A DNA stretch of 32,000 nt, taken from NCBI RefSeq assembly GCF_000016745.1, contig NC_009483.1, positions 2,520,001 to 2,552,000 on the forward strand, read 5' to 3'. The position numbers and the translations under genes are program-made. Source of the stretch: Geotalea uraniireducens Rf4 (GTDB lineage: Bacteria > Desulfobacterota > Desulfuromonadia > Geobacterales > Geobacteraceae). Positions 26,546-32,000 of this stretch are shown in pieces (the stretch's first letter is position 1; the number at the start of each line of letters is the position of its first letter). The notes below the pieces were generated by a model. The model saw only the letters and a program-made list of their open reading frames with translations, had not been told where the DNA came from and did no database searches.

Positions 26546-27733
26546 TCAACTCAATTTCTGGTCGAAACTTTCATATATTTTTGCGAATATATGTTCAATC
26601 TTGAAAAAGGTTTCGAGAAGTACCGGATCAAAGTGAGCTTGCGGATTTACCCTACTGTCTCCGTTACGGAAAATCGCCAAGGCTGCTTCGTGGCTTAAGG
26701 GTTCTTTATAACTTCTCTTGGAACGGAGGGCATCGTAAACATCGGCAAGCTTGGCAATTCTGCCCGCAAGAGGGATGTTTTCCCCTTTAAGCTGGTACGG
26801 ATAACCGCTGCCGTCCCAGTTCTCATGATGGGCTATGGCGATCTCGCGAGCGATGCGCAGGCGGGGCGAATCGCCAAGTATCTGTTCACCGTAAATGGGG
26901 TGCATCTTGATCTGCTCCATTTCCTGATCATTCAAAGAACCTTCTTTGAGCAGAATGGAGGTTGGGACCTTGATTTTTCCCACGTCATGCATCTGGGCTG
27001 AGTAAGAGATCGTCTCAACAAAATCGATAGGTAACCCCATATTGGCGGCAAGTGCTCCCGCATAGCGGTTGACACGGAGAATATGTCTTCCGGTATCTTC
27101 TTCCGCTGCTTCACAAGCCCTTGCCAAGGTTTCTATTGTATAGATAAACGCCTTCTCCGTCGCACTTACCTCGTCGGAAAGGGTCAGTAACGATCCAATC
27201 ACAACGGCCATGCTGCGTAATACATCCGCGTCATAATTGGTTGCACGTCCCGGGTAATTGAAGGCAATTATGGCGCCAGGGGTTTCACCACTGATACGAC
27301 AGGTGATAAAATTAGTGATGGGCGAAACGACAAAACCCTTTACACCGGGATGGAAATAATCCTGAAAGGCCTCGATACTTTCGTATCTATCGGCCCAGTT
27401 AACCACCACATTTTCTTGTTCCTGGGCATGCACGAGATTTACTGCATAACTTGATAAAGGGTCGAAGGTAATTTCCTCTGACCTCTCTACCAGCGCACCT
27501 TCCTTCATATGGAAAACTCGACCGCGACATAAACTGCCATCATGTTCCTGAAAAACAAGAAAAATACTGGATGGCCCGCGTCGTCCCTTTCCGCCCAGCA
27601 CTTTCCCCAATACCTCAACATAAAGTTCTTCACTGGTAAACCTTTTACAGCATATGTCCTGCAAGGTTTGATCGGTTAATCGAAGTAAGTCCTGTGTCTG
27701 CTTTAATGACATTTCGCAAAGTTCAAGAGACAT
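26546..27733 (-). CDS. HD-GYP domain c-di-GMP phosphodiesterase with N-terminal GAF-like sensor region
   Basis: 395 aa. AQMHDVGKI (HD), HHENWDGSGYP (GYP) and KLADVYDAL are all intact. The ~185-aa N-terminal region is unassigned or GAF-like. GGAGG lies 7 nt upstream of the ATG. Confidence 0.85.
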   Translation of the reverse strand: MSLELCEMSLKQTQDLLRLTDQTLQDICCKRFTSEELYVEVLGKVLGGKGRRGPSSIFLVFQEHDGSLCRGRVFHMKEGALVERSEEITFDPLSSYAVNLVHAQEQENVVVNWADRYESIEAFQDYFHPGVKGFVVSPITNFITCRISGETPGAIIAFNYPGRATNYDADVLRSMAVVIGSLLTLSDEVSATEKAFIYTIETLARACEAAEEDTGRHILRVNRYAGALAANMGLPIDFVETISYSAQMHDVGKIKVPTSILLKEGSLNDQEMEQIKMHPIYGEQILGDSPRLRIAREIAIAHHENWDGSGYPYQLKGENIPLAGRIAKLADVYDALRSKRSYKEPLSHEAALAIFRNGDSRVNPQAHFDPVLLETFFKIEHIFAKIYESFDQKLS

Positions 27734-27847
27734 GTGTCTTACCTCCCCAGATTACTTAAACAGTCCTCACCATTGATATATACGCTATAAACCGGCTTAC
27801 CGCAATGCTTTATAGGTTAACAGCGCAAAGCCTTCTATGAATTCAGC

Positions 27848-27881
27848 AAAAAAAAGAGCCCGATGAACATTCATCGGGCTC
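27848..27881 (-). terminator. Rho-independent terminator after the kor operon
   Basis: Minus strand GAGCCCGATGAA-tg-TTCATCGGGCTC followed by T8. It lies 26 nt after the gamma-subunit stop. Confidence 0.85.
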
Positions 27882-27906
27882 TCCTGCAATTCGCATTGCT
27901 GGTTTA

Positions 27907-28452
27907 CTACTTGGCAGCAGCAGCCTTGTCGTAGCCCAACTGGAATGCTTTTTTATTCAACTCAACAAAAGCTTCAGGAACGCGAGCAAGAACTGCCTTT
28001 TCAGCGCTTTCCTTGGTTACAACGCCTGTCAGTGCAACCATTGCTCCGAGAGCTACGATATTTGCGACGATTTCACGTCCTACCTCGTTTTTAGCGGTAT
28101 TGATGATAGGGAATGAAACAACCTTAAAGTTGCCTTTTGGTTGTTTAGTTACCAGATCGGAATCGATGAGCAGTACGCCACCTTCTTTCAGGTCGTGGGA
28201 GTACTTATCGCAAGCTTCCTGGGTCAGCGCAAGAAGAGCGTCAACAACGGTAGCTTTCGGGTAATCGATCATGGAGTCCGAAACAATAACTTCCGACTTT
28301 GAAGCGCCGCCGCGTGCCTCAGGCCCATAACTCTGAGACTGCACAGCCTGCTTTCCGTCATATATCGAGGCGGCTTCAGCCATAATAACTCCGGCAAGGA
28401 TCAAACCCTGTCCGCCTGCCCCGGAAAATCTGATTTCATATCTTTGTGACAT
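27907..28452 (-). CDS. korC: 2-oxoacid:ferredoxin oxidoreductase gamma subunit
   Basis: 181 aa. IRFSGAGGQGLILAGVIMAEAA...SYGPEARGGASKSEV is the OFOR gamma signature. Confidence 0.88.
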   Translation of the reverse strand: MSQRYEIRFSGAGGQGLILAGVIMAEAASIYDGKQAVQSQSYGPEARGGASKSEVIVSDSMIDYPKATVVDALLALTQEACDKYSHDLKEGGVLLIDSDLVTKQPKGNFKVVSFPIINTAKNEVGREIVANIVALGAMVALTGVVTKESAEKAVLARVPEAFVELNKKAFQLGYDKAAAAK

Positions 28453-28476
28453 CTGACTTTCTCCTTTAGGATTTAA

Positions 28477-29295
28477 TTACTTGCCGCCCTTGGCACGCTC
28501 AATGACTTTTGCATACTCAGAAGTATAATCAGGTCTTTCTTCTTTATAGAGTACGCCGGTAAGGATTTTACCCTGAAGCTGCTCAGGAGTCATTTTTTCC
28601 GCAGCCTTAACCGGGACAGCAACATCCTTCAACCGGTTCATCATCTCGATTACAGACTTGAACTTATTGCGGCGGCCATAGGTTGTCGGGCAATCATCCA
28701 GAATTTCAACAACCGAGAAACCTTTGTGTTGAACCGCTTCTACGATCAGCTTATCAATCTGGGTTGCATGATATGCTGTGCCGCGGGCAACGAATGTTGC
28801 ACCGGCGCCGATCGCCAGCTTTGCGATATCAAATGCCGGATCAGGGTTGCCGTAAGGCGTTGTGGAAGCCTTGGCGCCGGTTGGAGTACAGGGTGAAAAC
28901 TGTCCGCCGGTCATGCCGTAGATATTGTTGTTCATGATTATGTAGGTCATGTTGATGTTTCTGCGACAGGCGTGGATGAAGTGGTTACCACCAATGGCAG
29001 TACCATCGCCGTCACCACCAACAACGATAACATCCATTTCAGGCTTAGCCATCTTTACACCGGTAGCAAAAGCCGCTGCACGGCCGTGAGCCGTATGGAG
29101 CGTACAGAAATCCAGATAACCGGGAAGCCTTGAGGCACAGCCGATACCGGAAACTATGGCCGTATTGTTTTTTTCAAGGCCCAGGGTGTCAATGGCCCTG
29201 ATGAGCCCTTTCATTACAATGCCGTGGCCACAGCCGGGGCACCAGATGTGCGGTAATTTACCGGGACGGATATATTTATCATAATCAAAAGCCAT
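28477..29295 (-). CDS. korB: 2-oxoacid:ferredoxin oxidoreductase beta subunit (TPP-binding)
   Basis: 272 aa. WCPGCGHG N-terminal motif and TPP-binding GGDGDGTAIGGNHF...NNNIYGMTGGQ. Confidence 0.9.
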   Translation of the reverse strand: MAFDYDKYIRPGKLPHIWCPGCGHGIVMKGLIRAIDTLGLEKNNTAIVSGIGCASRLPGYLDFCTLHTAHGRAAAFATGVKMAKPEMDVIVVGGDGDGTAIGGNHFIHACRRNINMTYIIMNNNIYGMTGGQFSPCTPTGAKASTTPYGNPDPAFDIAKLAIGAGATFVARGTAYHATQIDKLIVEAVQHKGFSVVEILDDCPTTYGRRNKFKSVIEMMNRLKDVAVPVKAAEKMTPEQLQGKILTGVLYKEERPDYTSEYAKVIERAKGGK

Positions 29296-29297
29296 TT

Positions 29298-30437
29298 TTA
29301 CTTAACCTCCTTGATCTTGTCGAGGATCTGACCAGGATTAATCGGCTCTCCGTCAACACGGAAGATGCCGTGAACCGGGGCCTTTCCTTCTGCGCAACGC
29401 TGTACTTCCACAGTACACATGCCAAGATTCATCTCAGGCGTAATAAATGCCTTGACCCTGGAGGCCAATGCCTTGAGCTGCTTGTCCGGGAAAGGCCAGA
29501 AGGTCTTGATTCTGAACAGACCGGCCTTGATACCCTGTTTACGGGCTTCATTCACTGCAAAGCGTGCAGAACGTGAGGTGGAACCAAAGGCAACGATAGC
29601 CACTTCAGCATCATCCAGCATGTACTCTTCAAATTTGACAATATCATCAACGTTGGCATCGACCTTACGAACCTGACGCTCCTCCTCAGCCTGCACCAGG
29701 GAGGCCTTGGTTGTAGGGAAGCCGTCTTCTGCTTTGTTCAAGCCTGTTACATGAAACCGGTATCCGGAACCGAATGCAGCCAGCGGTGGAACATCTCCAA
29801 ATTTGGTATCATAAGGCTTGTATTGCTCGGGAGAGACGGATGGAGCTGTACGATCAATTACTTCAAGTTCACCCTTCTCCGGGAAAACGATTCTTTCACG
29901 CATATGGGCAACAATTTCATCCGGCATAACCATAACGGGTGTACGGTATTTTTCGGCCAGATTGAAGGCACGGACAGTCTCCTCAAAAAGTTCCTGAACG
30001 GATGCAGGCACAAGACAGATTGCAGGATGGTCGCCATGGGTACCCCATTTAGCAGACATGACATCAGACTGGCTGGGACCGGTAGGCATACCGGTTGATG
30101 GACCACCACGCATAACGTTGATAATAACGCATGGAGTTTCGGCTATGCATGCGTAACCGATAAGTTCCTGCTTAAGGGAAAGTCCGGGGCCGGAAGTGGA
30201 TGTCAGTACCTTGGAACCTGCCAGTGAGGCACCGATAACAGCGGCCATAGCCCCGATCTCGTCTTCCATCTGAATAAACTTACCACCTATTTTCGGTAAC
30301 TCTGCCGACATAACCTCCGCAACCTCAGTTGACGGAGTAATCGGGTAACCGGCGAAAAACTTGCACCCGGCATACAGTGCGCCATGGGTAGCAGCTTCGT
30401 TACCCTGCATAAAAGCAACTTTCTTTGCCACTTTCAC
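29298..30437 (-). CDS. korA: 2-oxoacid:ferredoxin oxidoreductase alpha subunit
   Basis: 379 aa. GNEAATHGALYAGCKFFAGYPITPSTE and TSGPGLSLKQE are OFOR alpha signatures. The D-A-B-C gene order and subunit sizes match oorDABC/kor-type 2-oxoglutarate enzymes. Substrate specificity is inferred from context (icd and mdh adjacent). Confidence 0.88.
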   Translation of the reverse strand: MKVAKKVAFMQGNEAATHGALYAGCKFFAGYPITPSTEVAEVMSAELPKIGGKFIQMEDEIGAMAAVIGASLAGSKVLTSTSGPGLSLKQELIGYACIAETPCVIINVMRGGPSTGMPTGPSQSDVMSAKWGTHGDHPAICLVPASVQELFEETVRAFNLAEKYRTPVMVMPDEIVAHMRERIVFPEKGELEVIDRTAPSVSPEQYKPYDTKFGDVPPLAAFGSGYRFHVTGLNKAEDGFPTTKASLVQAEEERQVRKVDANVDDIVKFEEYMLDDAEVAIVAFGSTSRSARFAVNEARKQGIKAGLFRIKTFWPFPDKQLKALASRVKAFITPEMNLGMCTVEVQRCAEGKAPVHGIFRVDGEPINPGQILDKIKEVK

Positions 30438-30454
30438 TACCTCCTGTTTAATTA

Positions 30455-30649
30455 TTAAGCGGTCACTTTAATAGCAAAATCCGGACATCTCAGTTCGCAC
30501 TGCATACATTTGATGCAGGCTTCCAGGTTTTTTACGGATGCCACAAAGCCCTTCATTTCCAAGACTTTAGTAGGGCAAAACTCTACACAGATATGGCATC
30601 CCTTGCAGTACTTCTCGATGATCTCAATTGTCGGAAGCTTCTTATCCAT
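30455..30649 (-). CDS. korD: OFOR delta subunit, 2x[4Fe-4S] ferredoxin-like
   Basis: 64 aa with two CxxCxxCxxxCP motifs (CKGCHICVEFCP and CIKCMQCELRCP). Confidence 0.85.
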   Translation of the reverse strand: MDKKLPTIEIIEKYCKGCHICVEFCPTKVLEMKGFVASVKNLEACIKCMQCELRCPDFAIKVTA

Positions 30650-30700
30650 CTACGTACACTCCTTTACTGGAATATGCCTTGCGGGCAAGCAAACACGGTT

Positions 30701-30730
30701 TCTATAACACATACTGTATACAAAAAGCAA
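30701..30730 (-). promoter_or_regulatory. Candidate promoter for korDABC (TTGCTT-18-TATAGA with TG extension)
   Basis: Minus strand TTGCTTtttgtatacagtatgTGtTATAGA. It lies about 50 nt upstream of the korD ATG, downstream of the mdh terminator. Confidence 0.3.
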
Positions 30731-30769
30731 GAAAGACTTTATACCCACTGTTACGGTCACGCAGGTAAT

Positions 30770-30807
30770 AAAAAAGGTAAAGAAGGGCTAATAAGCCCTT
30801 CTTTACC
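30770..30807 (-). terminator. Rho-independent terminator after mdh
   Basis: Perfect 13-bp stem GGTAAAGAAGGGC / GCCCTTCTTTACC with a 6-nt loop, followed on the minus strand by T6. Confidence 0.85.
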
Positions 30808-30830
30808 TGCTAGTTAACAACTATTACAAA

Positions 30831-32000
<1,170 letters not shown>

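Noticed and set aside
24759-27733. Impression that the HD-GYP/PATAN-like/TM operon is lower in GC than its neighbours (possible horizontally acquired islet).
   Set aside because: Hand counts of sample 60-nt lines gave 37-53% GC here, 37-53% in the kor genes and about 67% in one dxs line. Heterogeneity is therefore not specific to this operon. No flanking repeats, tRNA or integrase are present. This needs a proper sliding-window and codon-usage calculation.
27821-27832. cagcgcaaagcc on the plus strand, reminiscent of the ACGCAAAGCC core of GEMM-I c-di-GMP riboswitches, close to the HD-GYP gene.
   Set aside because: It is on the wrong strand for the HD-GYP gene. The other conserved GEMM elements (GCACAGGGCAAACC, tetraloop/receptor helices) are absent. 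This short motif match is likely chance.

Overview
Gene-dense chromosomal window in which every supportable gene is on the minus strand. Gene content suggests a Desulfuromonadales/Geobacter-like deltaproteobacterium (inference only). In transcription order (right to left): the 3' end of a monomeric-type isocitrate dehydrogenase, malate dehydrogenase and a four-subunit 2-oxoacid:ferredoxin oxidoreductase (D-A-B-C order). Then a terminator-bracketed three-gene signalling operon (GAF-HD-GYP phosphodiesterase, a protein with two PATAN/DUF4388-like repeats, a 6-7 TM protein). Then a long housekeeping string (dCMP deaminase, nrdR, ribD, ribE, ribBA, ribH, nusB, hom) and xseB-ispA-dxs. Then a small J-domain protein with a secreted TPR/HExxH peptidase, and a PAS histidine kinase with an NtrC-type sigma-54 activator. 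A ~550-nt repeat-rich intergenic region follows and carries a good sigma-54 promoter match. Last come STAS-cheA-cheW-mcp-cheR-cheB (no cheY), an Fe-S-type Rrf2 regulator and cydAB (cydB runs off the left edge). I found no tRNA/rRNA, CRISPR array, IS/transposase, prophage or recognisable defence genes. No clearly novel system is demonstrable from sequence alone. The best second-look candidates are: (1) the HD-GYP / tandem-PATAN-like / multi-TM operon; (2) the two-component/sigma-54 circuit that appears to drive a CheY-less, STAS-coupled chemosensory operon; (3) the possibly leaderless J-domain plus secreted TPR-peptidase pair; (4) the CACGRAT heptamer array in the large intergenic region. Several ORF-track starts were shortened where Shine-Dalgarno position or neighbouring genes support an internal start.
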